Assembly: GCA_963778655.1 (NCBI GenBank)
Contig: CAVZVA010000003.1
Location: 1-64,000, forward strand
Length of the DNA stretch: 64,000 nucleotides
DNA from: an uncultured delta proteobacterium
GTDB lineage: Bacteria; Myxococcota_A; Polyangia; Polyangiales; JAFGIB01
Reading direction: 5' to 3'
Position numbers and translations under genes: made by a program
Shown: positions 19,801 through 28,239 of the stretch, in pieces
Position numbering within the stretch: the stretch's first letter is position 1
Layout: every line of letters starts with the position of its first letter
The notes under the pieces: generated by a model
The model's database searches: none
What the model was told of the DNA's origin: nothing
What the model saw: only the letters and a program-made list of their open reading frames with translations

Positions 19801-21237
19801 ACGCCCGGGACAGGTCGGGCGGATCACGTCGCCGTTGGGATCCTTCTGGCAATAGCAATAGCCATCGGGATCGTCAGTCTGGCAATCGACATCGGGATAT
19901 ACCGCGGGCGCCTGTCCGCGCAGGCGCCGCACGGTGTCCATCAGCACCTCGTTCCACTGGCCCACCACGTCGAACGCGGGTTGCACCAGGTGCGCCGGCA
20001 GCTCGGGCGTCGTGTACCAGACCACCTGCCGCACGTCGCGATCGCGGTATGGCAGCGGCTTGCCGCTCTTGTCGAACCACTGCTTCCAGATGTTGTGGCG
20101 GTTGATGCTGTAGTTGAGGAAGTCGGTGCTGAAGTAAGCCGGATCGTCGGGCTTGCCGGTGCTGCGGTCGCGCGTGGGCTGCTCCAGGCGGAAGAAGCCG
20201 AAGCGGTCGAAGCGGTTGTCCACCCAGTCGACGGGCTCGTACTGGCGCTTGTCGCTGACCTTGAGGAAGCTGGTGCGCACGTACGACGCGACCGAGGTGC
20301 AGGCGGGCGCGTCGCTGTAGCGCACGGCCGTGCACCAGTTGACCATCTGGCCGGTGTCGGGGTCCTGGACCTGGTCCGGCGAGAGCAGCTCCTGGGTCAC
20401 GAAGCTCATGTGGTAGAGCTCGCCCCTTTCGTAGTCGTCGGCGAAGTCGCGATCCTGCTGCGTGCACGCCTTGCTGGTGTCCTTGGAGCCATCGCACGGC
20501 ATGCGGTCGAAGCGCGGCTGCCACGAGTCCGGAAAGGAGGACGCCTGTTGCACGTAGATGTCGGCGGGCTCGCGCTTCCAGCTGCCCAAGAGCTCGTTGA
20601 GGTCGTAGGTCTGGCCGTAATAGCCGGGTAGCAGGTTCTTGGACCAATCGACGCGCATGTACTTGCGGTCGTACCAGCGCTTGTCGGTGTCGTTTTCGAC
20701 CACGACATTGAGCTCTTCGCCGGTCGACGGGTTGTAGTCGCGGCGGATGTCGAAGTGCTTCTCAATCTTGAAGGCGGCCACCGGCTGCCCGAGAATGCTG
20801 TCGGTGGAGTTGCCGGGCGCGCCCGCGGTGCCCGCGGCCGCAGCGCCGGCAGCGCCGGTCATGGCGTCGGGGCTGGAGGCGGGCGAGGTGCTCTGTCCGT
20901 CCCCGCCTTGGGTCAGCTCGTAATCCCGATACGCGAATAGATAGTTCTCGTCGATCACCCAGCGGATGCGCGGCATCGCCGTAAACACCTGCGCCGCGTC
21001 GCTAGCGGCATCGCCGGGGAAGGTGCCGAGCGCCGAGCCCTGGTAGTCGACGCTGATGACGGTGCGCGCCATGTACCAGGAGCCCTGGAATATGGTCTTC
21101 TCGACCGCATCCACGCCCACGCGGTTGATCGGCGGCTCGCTCGAGCCGCACGCGAGCAACCCGAGCGCACACCACGCGCCCATGGCCCAGCCCGCATACC
21201 GTCCGCTCCTCCGCAGAACACCCTCCGAGTCGCTCAT
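16840..21237 (-). CDS. Giant zinc-dependent metalloprotease lipoprotein, paralog of the neighbouring gene
   Basis: Lipobox LLAC; HELGHCFGLRHDF; SSVMEY; shares blocks such as RIRWVIDENYLFAYR and MRVDWS with the neighbour; 1465 aa. Confidence 0.85.
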   Translation of the reverse strand: MSDSEGVLRRSGRYAGWAMGAWCALGLLACGSSEPPINRVGVDAVEKTIFQGSWYMARTVISVDYQGSALGTFPGDAASDAAQVFTAMPRIRWVIDENYLFAYRDYELTQGGDGQSTSPASSPDAMTGAAGAAAAGTAGAPGNSTDSILGQPVAAFKIEKHFDIRRDYNPSTGEELNVVVENDTDKRWYDRKYMRVDWSKNLLPGYYGQTYDLNELLGSWKREPADIYVQQASSFPDSWQPRFDRMPCDGSKDTSKACTQQDRDFADDYERGELYHMSFVTQELLSPDQVQDPDTGQMVNWCTAVRYSDAPACTSVASYVRTSFLKVSDKRQYEPVDWVDNRFDRFGFFRLEQPTRDRSTGKPDDPAYFSTDFLNYSINRHNIWKQWFDKSGKPLPYRDRDVRQVVWYTTPELPAHLVQPAFDVVGQWNEVLMDTVRRLRGQAPAVYPDVDCQTDDPDGYCYCQKDPNGDVIRPTCPGRYDPFKTRDDYGPGVQNPYDCYVAVPSHAEPDLNDPKLADQDFNGWFDAHFSGSECVSVLRVNSCNKRSIAANGGTADGLNCQERGDLRFKFLSYVDQPGTGFLGIATLRGDPVTGEVLTGDANIGGPALDQFRTSALLTYDLVHGTVSENDIVAGDDVRTYLGNIGHIDLPARPRIDFSVAPDSRTAMTQAARNEIDNRMQLAMQRISQLQGPDGRANIFSDRSQKLIGSDLERKLNSGPEALVAAGVQQIQPGDDPQVTDAMLDRISPFRNDIQDVLARTRDSENKLSRANVELPNEYVDHSVESFVDKHLDWPRARLEFVLNRLLYRQTELHELGHCFGLRHDFGASADGQNYSPEYYDIVAHIPLPDPKDYDKDGTEGLSASEQQAFDADYDKARADRELAGIDGAMSSSVMEYTSNWYERLQPLGSYDKAAIANGYGDLVEAYDGSSDPTAPRVTFKNYAGGELCETDADCPYSADGSRSSLLLDTNMEAGISQRCVPNPDTPDTKLCSSFDADLAQSAQDGGRYQPLTYRFCSDERADSTLGWCNRFDEGASYRDIVRNVEDDYERMYPFSAFRRYRKSFDISTYQSALLGRRLDVLQNVYQNLIFQYTSDPAFRQQTGAFGFYDEFLATTDILNFYARILAQPNIGGYVYDPQTGTYVRGFTDPSAQAADLAVPFGLGRYFSSDYQTGLSGIERIERVGSFFDKVWVIQLLTARGSQANYTRDVAFYANFYDLFPNEMQQIFNGMIRGFPDAYMPRIECEPGAVFPKCQQPRVQYMDFYRGDCSQPSTCRPDPATVTYAGLPVLDGGGSLSLQIYAASFGLRDFPVFFDTSFQNQLFICVEGQADCFTPDPSAVEGQDYVRYTSDRYNKSFLAYQVAPGVGAAAQTSTGFAMVKEARDLNTTLAVLTKLRDTKPAYSIDQLAQSDRDALAAVGYDPPTSPPGIEAEITRIDNRIVDLESFFNEMIQLQRDYGIQSFSYFR

Positions 21238-21377
21238 TCGCGGAGCTACTCTTACCGCAACGCGCGCGGAGATTCACCCGGGGTCAGGAGAAGAGAGCGC
21301 TCCGGGGGCGTTTTGCCTCGCCGGCACGCGCGCCAACGGCGCACCGAGCGCCCCGGCAGACCGCCAATTCGGAGAGG

Positions 21378-21444
21378 CAACAGGAAGACAGGAAGGCGGG
21401 AAGCCCGGATCTAGTTTCTTCTTCCCGTCTTCCCGGCTTCCTGT
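21378..21444. repeat. REP-like imperfect palindromic element, copy 2
   Basis: Same two arms as 12034-12163 (21378-21397 and 21426-21444) with a shorter spacer. Confidence 0.8.
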
Positions 21445-21478
21445 GAATCTCCTCGATCCACGCCGTCGCGTATGGCGG

Positions 21479-21644
21479 CTAGTGCAGCGTCCGCGAGATG
21501 GGATCAAGCGATCGTGAGTGAGGTGGGTCCGAGCGCAAGGCGCCGCAGCGCAGGAATACTCCGTGTATTTCAAGCTGTGGCAACGCCGCGATCGGGCCCT
21601 CATCGCTCGCGAGGATTGATTCGATCTCGCAGACGCTGCACTAG
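21479..21644. mobile_element. MITE-like element with 21-bp terminal inverted repeats
   Basis: CTAGTGCAGCGTCCGCGAGAT ... ATCTCGCAGACGCTGCACTAG (1 mismatch); non-coding; central AATAC/GTATT hairpin. Confidence 0.75.
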
Positions 21645-21650
21645 CTATAG

Positions 21651-23060
21651 CTAGCGGCCGTCCAGCATCTTGCGGGCCAGCGTGATCAGCGCGAACGGAT
21701 CGATCGGCTTGACCAGGAACCCGTCGGCGCCGATCGACGACAGCAGGCGCCAGTCGGGCGCCCCGCCCGAGGCCGTGCACACCACGATCGGCATGCTGTA
21801 GTTCGCGCGCAGGGCCGCGGTCAGCTCGACGCCGTTCATCCCGGGCATGTCGAGGTCGATCACCGCGAGCGAGGCCGGCTGGCGGTCGATCGCCGCCAGC
21901 GCCTCCTCGCCGTCGCGCACGATCTCGATCTCCGCGCCGGGAAAGCCGTAGGCCAGCGTCTCGCGCGCCAGCGCCAGGAAGTCCACGTCGTCGTCGGCGA
22001 CCAGGATCCGCAGCTGGCTGCTTCGGGCGCCGATCGCTTCGCGCGCCCGCAGCAGCTGCCCGCGCAGATCGTCGGCGCTCGGCGTCCGCTGGGCCGGGTC
22101 CACGCACAGCGCCGACAGCAGCGGCGAGTCGAAGGCCGCAGTCAGCTCCGGCCTGAGCTTGCTCGGCAGCGACGGCGGCGAGCCCTGCGCCCTTAGCATG
22201 TCGTGGGTGCTCACGATGTCGTAAGGCGGCTGCCCGGTCAGCATCTCGTAGGCGATCACGCCGAGTGAATAGATGTCCGAGCGCTGCAACAGGCGCGGCG
22301 GCAGGTCGACGCGCGAGAACTCCGGCGCCAGATAGGCCGGCGTGCCGGCCATCGGGTGGTCGCCCACGGTGCCGGTGTGATCGAACAACCGCGACAGCCC
22401 CAGATCCGCGATCGCGACCCGCGACGCCGGCCCCAGCAGGATGTTGCTCGGCTTGAGGTCGCCGTGCACCGCCCCCGAGGCGTGGATCGCGCGCAGCCCG
22501 CGGCAGATCTGGTCCAGGTAACCGAGCGCCTCGTCGATCGAAGGCAGCTTGTCCTCGAGGATCAGATCGTCGAGCCAGTTGGCGATGTTGCTGCCAGGGA
22601 TGTACTCCATCACGAAATACGGCGAGCCTCCGAGATCGCCGAAAGAGAAGATCTCGACCACGTTCTCGTGGCGGACGCGCGCCATCGCACGCGCCTCGAT
22701 CAAGAAGCGCTCGCGCGCCTTGTTGTTGGCGAGGTACGAAGGCCTGATCAGCTTGATCGCGACGTCGCGCTGCAGGCGCTCGTCCAGCGCCAGCACCACC
22801 ATGCCCATGCCGCCCTGGCCGAGCGGACCCACCACGCGGTAGGCACCGTCGATCAACGTCCCGGCCTGGGGCCCTTCCCAGGCGCGCTCCGGAGCGTCCG
22901 CCTCGCCCGAGGCGCCGAGGCTGGTCGGGGTGCGGTCGTCGTGGCTCGGCAGCGGACGCACCGACTGCGGCTCGGTCGAGTCCAGGGCCGCCGGGTCTTG
23001 CCCGCCCCGAGCCCAACCTGTCTTTTGGTCGCCGCCGCGGTTCATCGCATCGGGCTCCAC
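21651..23060 (-). CDS. Ser/Thr kinase fused to a C-terminal receiver (REC) domain
   Basis: Kinase motifs GQGGMG, VAIK, HGDLKPSN, DLG, GTPAYLAPE; REC motifs ILVADDD, IDLDMPGMNG, CTA, FLVKP. Confidence 0.9.
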   Translation of the reverse strand: MEPDAMNRGGDQKTGWARGGQDPAALDSTEPQSVRPLPSHDDRTPTSLGASGEADAPERAWEGPQAGTLIDGAYRVVGPLGQGGMGMVVLALDERLQRDVAIKLIRPSYLANNKARERFLIEARAMARVRHENVVEIFSFGDLGGSPYFVMEYIPGSNIANWLDDLILEDKLPSIDEALGYLDQICRGLRAIHASGAVHGDLKPSNILLGPASRVAIADLGLSRLFDHTGTVGDHPMAGTPAYLAPEFSRVDLPPRLLQRSDIYSLGVIAYEMLTGQPPYDIVSTHDMLRAQGSPPSLPSKLRPELTAAFDSPLLSALCVDPAQRTPSADDLRGQLLRAREAIGARSSQLRILVADDDVDFLALARETLAYGFPGAEIEIVRDGEEALAAIDRQPASLAVIDLDMPGMNGVELTAALRANYSMPIVVCTASGGAPDWRLLSSIGADGFLVKPIDPFALITLARKMLDGR

Positions 23061-23123
23061 CCAGCTCGCGCCTACCGGGAGAAGGTCAGTTTACACCCGG
23101 TCGCTCGGCGCACCACAGACTAA

Positions 23124-23285
23124 GAGGCGATCTCAATACCCGGCGCGAGCGGGTTTCGGAGCGCGATGGGCTCGGGCGCAAGGCAGGCGAGCACAGGAAT
23201 ACTCAGTGTATTTCGAGCTTGCCCAACGCAGCGCACGGACCCGTCCCGCCCGCAAGGGGCCGCGAACAGGTGTTGAGATCGGCTC
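23124..23285. mobile_element. MITE-like element; core related to 21479-21644 but termini differ
   Basis: GAGGCGATCTCAATACC ... GGTGTTGAGATCGGCTC (15/17 inverted match); internal GCGCAAGGC..AGGAATAC..GTATTTC.AGC..CAACGC shared with the 21.5 kb copy. Confidence 0.7.
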
Positions 23286-23402
23286 CAAAGACTTGGACGC
23301 GGGCGCGCGACAGCGCATGGCTGCTGTAGCCAAGGCGGAGCCGTTTGGCCCGGCTTGCCTACATATCTAGGGGCGCCCGTTTGCGGCACAATCGATCCCC
23401 GA

Positions 23403-24206
23403 ATGGGTGCATCCGATCGGCTCGCGGAGTTCGAAGCCCGCTTGGCTATGCTCCGCCACAGGATGGAGGCCGGCCTGGTGGACCGCGCCACAGCCTTGCG
23501 CGAGATGGCGCGCAGGCTCGAGGACGGCGACGAGCAGGCGCGCCGGGACATCAAGAGCGAGAGCCACAGGTTGCGGGGAGTGGCCGGCACCTACGGCCAT
23601 CAAGATCTGACCGAGGCCGCGGCTCAGCTCGAGCAACGCGCCAGCATCTCGCCGCCGGCGACCGTCGGGCAGATGGCGCGCCAGCTCGCGGACCTGGCCG
23701 AGGCCAAGGGCCGCTCGAGCAAGCCGCCCGAGCCGATGTCGGTACCGCCTCCGCCCGATCCCGGCAGCGGCGGCCCGGCGACTCGCCGCAGCGTGCGCGC
23801 GTCGAGCCGCCCGCGCTCGATCGCGTCCGGAGAACGGGCCCTGCGCGTGCTCGCAATGGACGACGACCCGGTGACCCAGCGCCTGCTGCTGCTGACGCTG
23901 CGCCAGGTCGGCGGCTTCGACGCCACCATCGTCGCTTCGGCCAGCGAGGCGCTCGCGCTGCTCGAGCAGAATAGCTTCGACGTGGTAGTGTCTGACGCGA
24001 TGATGCCCGACATGAACGGCCGCGACTTCCGCGAGGCCGCACGGGAGCGCGGCGCCGGCATGCCGATTGTCATCCTTTCGGCGGCGAGCCCCGACGAGCT
24101 CGGCTGGAACGAGGAGCCGGGCGGCTCGCATTGGCTGCGCAAGCCGTTCAAGCCGACCGAGCTGGTCCGCGATATCGTGCGCATCGTCGACGGATCGCGC
24201 CGCTGA
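23403..24206 (+). CDS. Hpt domain plus response regulator receiver protein
   Basis: Hpt motif SHRLRGVAGTYG; REC motifs LAMDDD, SDAMMPDMNG, LSA, LRKP. Confidence 0.85.
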   Translation: MGASDRLAEFEARLAMLRHRMEAGLVDRATALREMARRLEDGDEQARRDIKSESHRLRGVAGTYGHQDLTEAAAQLEQRASISPPATVGQMARQLADLAEAKGRSSKPPEPMSVPPPPDPGSGGPATRRSVRASSRPRSIASGERALRVLAMDDDPVTQRLLLLTLRQVGGFDATIVASASEALALLEQNSFDVVVSDAMMPDMNGRDFREAARERGAGMPIVILSAASPDELGWNEEPGGSHWLRKPFKPTELVRDIVRIVDGSRR

Positions 24207-25522
24207 TGCAGCTGTTCGACGCGCTGGGGCCACGGGTCGCAAGCGAGCTGCGCGACAAGCGAGAGACGCTCCCGCGCCAGTTGCTGCTCGGCCACGACGC
24301 CGCGGCCCAGCTCGCGGCCGCGCTGTGCGAGCAGGCGCCGGGCCGGCGCGCGCTGGTGCTCTTCGACACCCGTACGCGCACCGCGGCCGGCGAGCCCTGC
24401 CTGCACGCGCTGCGCGCCCAGGGCTTCGGCGTGCACGAGCTGCTGGTGCCCGACGCCGGCAGGCACACGCCCCGCTGCGATGACCTGACCCTGCGGGAGC
24501 TGCAGGCGGCCCTGCCGCAGGGCGACGTGCTGGTCGGCGTCGGCAGCGGCGTGATCAGCGATCTGGCCAAGTGGATCGCGTTCGAGCGCGGGATGCCCGC
24601 CGCGATCTTCGCCACCGCGGCCTCGATGAACGGCTATGCCGCCGCCAACGTCGCGCCAGCGGTGCGCGGGGTCAAGACGCTGATCCACGCGCGCGCGCAC
24701 CGTCTGATCGCGGCCGACCCGCGCGTGCTCGCGGCGGCGCCGCACACGCTGACCAGCGCGGGCCTCGGCGACATCATCGCCAAGAGCGTGAGCGGCGCCG
24801 ACTGGCGAATGAACGCGTTGCTGTTCGACGAGCCCTACAGCGCGGCGATCGCGGGCATCAGCGATCAGGTCGAGCAGCGCTTGCTGAACGACCCAGCGGC
24901 GCTGGCCAAACGCAGCGAAGGCGCGGTCAGCGCCCTGTTCGAGGCGCTGGTGTTTTCCGGCTGCGCGATGACGCTGCAGGGATCGAGCCTGCCAGCCTCG
25001 GGCGGAGAGCACTTGATCAGCCACGCGCTCGATATGCGCGCCGACGCCGAGGGCGGCGCCCACGACCTGCACGGCCGTCAGGTGGGGCTGGGCACGATCT
25101 TCGCGGCGGCGGTGTACGAGCGCGTGCTCGCGCTGCAAGCGCCGCGCTTCTTCGCCGGCCCGCTACCCTTCGATCGCGCGGGCTGGGGCCCGATCGCGGA
25201 CGCGGTGGCCGAGCACCACCAGAAGCAAGGCGCGCGCCTGCGCGCCGCGGTCGAGCGGCTGCAACAAGGCGAGCGCTGGGGGCAGCTGCGCGCGGCGCTC
25301 TCGCCTGGGCTCAAGAGCGCCGCGTGGGTCAAGGGCGTGCTCGTGCAGGCCGGGGCCGCGCACCGCATCGGCGACCTCGGGCTGAGCCGCGAGCGCTTCC
25401 TGTGGGCGGTCCACAACGGCGCGCAGATCCGCGAGCGCTTCACCTCGCTCGACCTGGGCTGGGCCACGGGCGTGTTGCCGGCGCAGGCCGAAGCGATCGT
25501 CGATCAGCACCTGATGCAATGA
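24206..25522 (+). CDS. sn-glycerol-1-phosphate dehydrogenase (AraM/EgsA family)
   Basis: VGSGVISDLAK, TAASMNGY, AGLGDIIAK, PASGGEHLISH and LHGRQVG motifs; ATG overlaps the upstream TGA. Confidence 0.85.
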   Translation: MQLFDALGPRVASELRDKRETLPRQLLLGHDAAAQLAAALCEQAPGRRALVLFDTRTRTAAGEPCLHALRAQGFGVHELLVPDAGRHTPRCDDLTLRELQAALPQGDVLVGVGSGVISDLAKWIAFERGMPAAIFATAASMNGYAAANVAPAVRGVKTLIHARAHRLIAADPRVLAAAPHTLTSAGLGDIIAKSVSGADWRMNALLFDEPYSAAIAGISDQVEQRLLNDPAALAKRSEGAVSALFEALVFSGCAMTLQGSSLPASGGEHLISHALDMRADAEGGAHDLHGRQVGLGTIFAAAVYERVLALQAPRFFAGPLPFDRAGWGPIADAVAEHHQKQGARLRAAVERLQQGERWGQLRAALSPGLKSAAWVKGVLVQAGAAHRIGDLGLSRERFLWAVHNGAQIRERFTSLDLGWATGVLPAQAEAIVDQHLMQ

Positions 25523-25593
25523 GCCGCGCTCCGCGGCCGGGAGTCGCAGGCGGGGCTGGCGACGCGACCGCGCAGCGTGCAACCGTGCGTGCG

Positions 25594-26745
25594 ATGAACG
25601 CGCGCCGCCTCTCCGCGCTCGGGCTGCTGTGCGTGGCCAGCCTCGCATCGCCGGCGCGCGCCCAGTCGCGTCCCGCGCGCGGGCCCGCGCTGCAGTGGGT
25701 GCGGCTGGCCGGCGCCGAGCAGTGCATCGCACCGGCCGAGCTGGCGGCCCGCGTCGAGCAGCGCCTGGGGCAGCCGGCGTTCGTGCCCGCGCCGGACGCG
25801 CTGCTGGTGATCGAGGGCTCGGTGGCGCCCCGGGCGCAGGGCTTCGCCGTCCGCTTGCAGGTCGGCAACCCGCAGGGCGAGATCTACGGTAGCCGCGAGC
25901 TTTGGCTCGACGATCGGGATTGCCGGCGGCTCGATGACGTGATCGCGCTGGTGATCGCGCTGACGCTTCACGCCAGCCCGGGTGCAGCCGCCGGAGGCCA
26001 GGGGATCGCGCTGCCGCCCGACGTGGCCGCGGCGCTCGACGCGCTCTTCGCTGGCGAGCCGAGCGCGCTCGATGCTAGGGGCCTGCCGCCGGCCGCGCCG
26101 CCGGCCGCGCCGCCGGCCGCGCCGCCGGCGCCCGCGGCGCCGACCGCGCGCGCCGCGTCCGCGCAGGGCGAGCCCCACGCCGAGCGGCCGCCGCGCGTGG
26201 CCCGCTTTGGGCTTTCCGCAGCCGCGGGCTTCGGGGTGGTAACGGGCGTGCAGCCGAGCGGCACCTTCTGGCCGTCGCTCGACGTAGCGCTGCGCGCGCG
26301 CGGCATCGGCAGCTTGCGGCTCGCCGCGGGCTTCGGTCTGCCGGTGCGCGAGTCGATCAGCGATGCGACGGGCCGCGTCACGGGGCAATGGCTGCGTCTC
26401 GCGCCTCAGGCCGTCTCGCTTTCAGCCTGTCCGTCTGCGCTCGCGTTCTCCGCCAGCGAGTTGTTCGCGTGCCTGCAGCTCCAGGGCGGCAGGCTGGGCG
26501 TGCGCACCGGCGGCTTCCTCAGCAGCGGCGAGAGCAGCCTGTACTGGCTGCAGGCCGGGCCCTTGCTGGGTGCGCGCGCACGGCTGTGGGCGCCCGTCTA
26601 CGTGGAGCTGGTCGTGCACGCCGGGCTGCGGCTGTCGCGACCGCGCGCGGCCTACACCACGGCCGACGGCCGCAGCGCGACGGTGTTTTCGATGCCGGCG
26701 CTGGGGGTGGGCGGCCAGCTCGGGCTCGGCGTCGAGCTTTTTTGA
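25594..26745 (+). CDS. Hypothetical secreted protein preceding ECF sigma factor (alternative start 25519)
   Basis: Signal peptide ending ARA; Pro/Ala linker; beta-strand-like C-terminus ending in Phe (GLGVELF). Confidence 0.65.
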   Translation: MNARRLSALGLLCVASLASPARAQSRPARGPALQWVRLAGAEQCIAPAELAARVEQRLGQPAFVPAPDALLVIEGSVAPRAQGFAVRLQVGNPQGEIYGSRELWLDDRDCRRLDDVIALVIALTLHASPGAAAGGQGIALPPDVAAALDALFAGEPSALDARGLPPAAPPAAPPAAPPAPAAPTARAASAQGEPHAERPPRVARFGLSAAAGFGVVTGVQPSGTFWPSLDVALRARGIGSLRLAAGFGLPVRESISDATGRVTGQWLRLAPQAVSLSACPSALAFSASELFACLQLQGGRLGVRTGGFLSSGESSLYWLQAGPLLGARARLWAPVYVELVVHAGLRLSRPRAAYTTADGRSATVFSMPALGVGGQLGLGVELF

Positions 26746-26795
26746 GCGGCGCTCGCAAAGCGAGCGGCCCCGCGGCTACTCACCGTGAGGACCGG

Positions 26796-27425
26796 GTGCT
26801 GCAGCCCCGGCTTGCCGCCTTGAACACCCCGCTCGTGCGTCCGTTCGCCGCCAAGCCCGACCTGCGCTCCCGCAGCGAGGCCGCGGCCGGCGCGCACGGG
26901 CCGCCGAGGCCCCTGGAGCTCGACCAGATCGTGCACGACTACGGACCGTACCTGGCACGCGTGCTGCCGCGCATGGGCGTGGCCGAGGCCGACTTCGACG
27001 ACGTCATGCAGGAGCTGCTGCTGGCGATTCACCGCGCCCTACCCGGCTTCGAGCGGCGCTCCAGCGTCAAGAGCTGGGTCTACGGCATCTGCATCCGCGT
27101 GTGCAGCAACCATCGCCGCCGCGCCTACCGCAGGCGCGAGCGCCCGCTGGACGAGGCGGACGAGCCGGCCGCCCAGCAAACCCAGGAGCGCAGCCTGCTC
27201 GCGAGCGAGGCGCTGCGGCAGCTCGATGCGGCGTTGGAACGACTGCCCGACCCGCAGCGGCAGGTGTTCGTGCTGTTCGAGATCGAGCAGCTCTCGATGC
27301 AGGAAATCGCCGAGGCGCTGCGCTGCTCCAAGTTCACGCTCTACGCGCGGCTGTATGCAGCGCGGCGTGCGGTGCGGGCGGCCATGGGCGACCAGCCCGA
27401 GCCGGGAGGTACGCGCCATGTTTGA
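26796..27425 (+). CDS. ECF RNA polymerase sigma factor (start uncertain)
   Basis: DDVMQE and FERRSSVKSWVYGI (region 2); LPDPQRQVFVLFEIEQLSMQEIAEAL (region 4). Confidence 0.88.
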   Translation: MLQPRLAALNTPLVRPFAAKPDLRSRSEAAAGAHGPPRPLELDQIVHDYGPYLARVLPRMGVAEADFDDVMQELLLAIHRALPGFERRSSVKSWVYGICIRVCSNHRRRAYRRRERPLDEADEPAAQQTQERSLLASEALRQLDAALERLPDPQRQVFVLFEIEQLSMQEIAEALRCSKFTLYARLYAARRAVRAAMGDQPEPGGTRHV

Positions 27426-28218
27426 GCCACGCCGGCTGAGCGAGGGAGCGCCGCGCTCGGAGCTCGCGCGTGCGCTACGCGAGGCGCGCGCGCAGCTCGG
27501 CGATGCCCGGCGTCTGGCCGCGCTGCACGCGCGCCTGGGCGCCGAGCTCGGGCCCACGGGTGCGCCGGCCGCAGGCGCCGGCGCGGCGAGCGCGCCGATC
27601 GCGGCCAAGACCGCGCTGCTGTTGCTGGCGCTGGCCGGGCTCGCGGCGCTGCACGGCACGCGCGCGGCGACCGAGCGCGCGCCGCGACCCGTGCCGCGCG
27701 CGACCGCAATGCCGGCGCCAGGGGCGCCGCACGTGGCGCGTTCCGACCAGCACGCGGCGAGCGAGCAGCGTGCGACGGACGAGCAGGGTGCGCGAAAGCC
27801 CGCACGCGCGCCCGATCCGGCGCCGCGCACGCGCGCCACGCAACCGCGTGCGGCGCGCACCCACGCGCGCGCAGCCGTGCCCGCCGCGGCGGCGGCGCAA
27901 CGCCCCGACCCCGAAGCCGAGCTCGCGCTGATCTCGAACGCCGCGCACGCGCTGCCCCGCGACCCCGAGCAGGCGCTCGGGCTGCTGGTCGAGCACGCCC
28001 GCCGCTTCCCGCGCGGGCTGTTGTGCGAAGAACGCGACGGGCTGCGCATCGACGCGCTGCTGGCGCTGCAGCGCGACGCGCAGGCCAAGCGCGCTGCGCA
28101 CACGTTCCTGCTCCGCTATCCGAGCTCGCCCCAAGGGCCGCGCCTGCGCCGGCTGCTCGCGCAGCAAAGCGCCGCGCCGGCTCACAACGCGAGCGCGCCG
28201 CGCACACCCACCGAGTGA
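27418..28218 (+). CDS. Putative anti-sigma factor with TM helix and C-terminal TPR-like domain
   Basis: Overlaps the ECF gene; TM TALLLLALAGLAAL; C-terminal EHARRFPRG..EER..FLLRYPSSP. Confidence 0.65.
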   Translation: MFEPRRLSEGAPRSELARALREARAQLGDARRLAALHARLGAELGPTGAPAAGAGAASAPIAAKTALLLLALAGLAALHGTRAATERAPRPVPRATAMPAPGAPHVARSDQHAASEQRATDEQGARKPARAPDPAPRTRATQPRAARTHARAAVPAAAAAQRPDPEAELALISNAAHALPRDPEQALGLLVEHARRFPRGLLCEERDGLRIDALLALQRDAQAKRAAHTFLLRYPSSPQGPRLRRLLAQQSAAPAHNASAPRTPTE

Positions 28219-28239
28219 ACCCAACCCGGAGGTCTCCCG

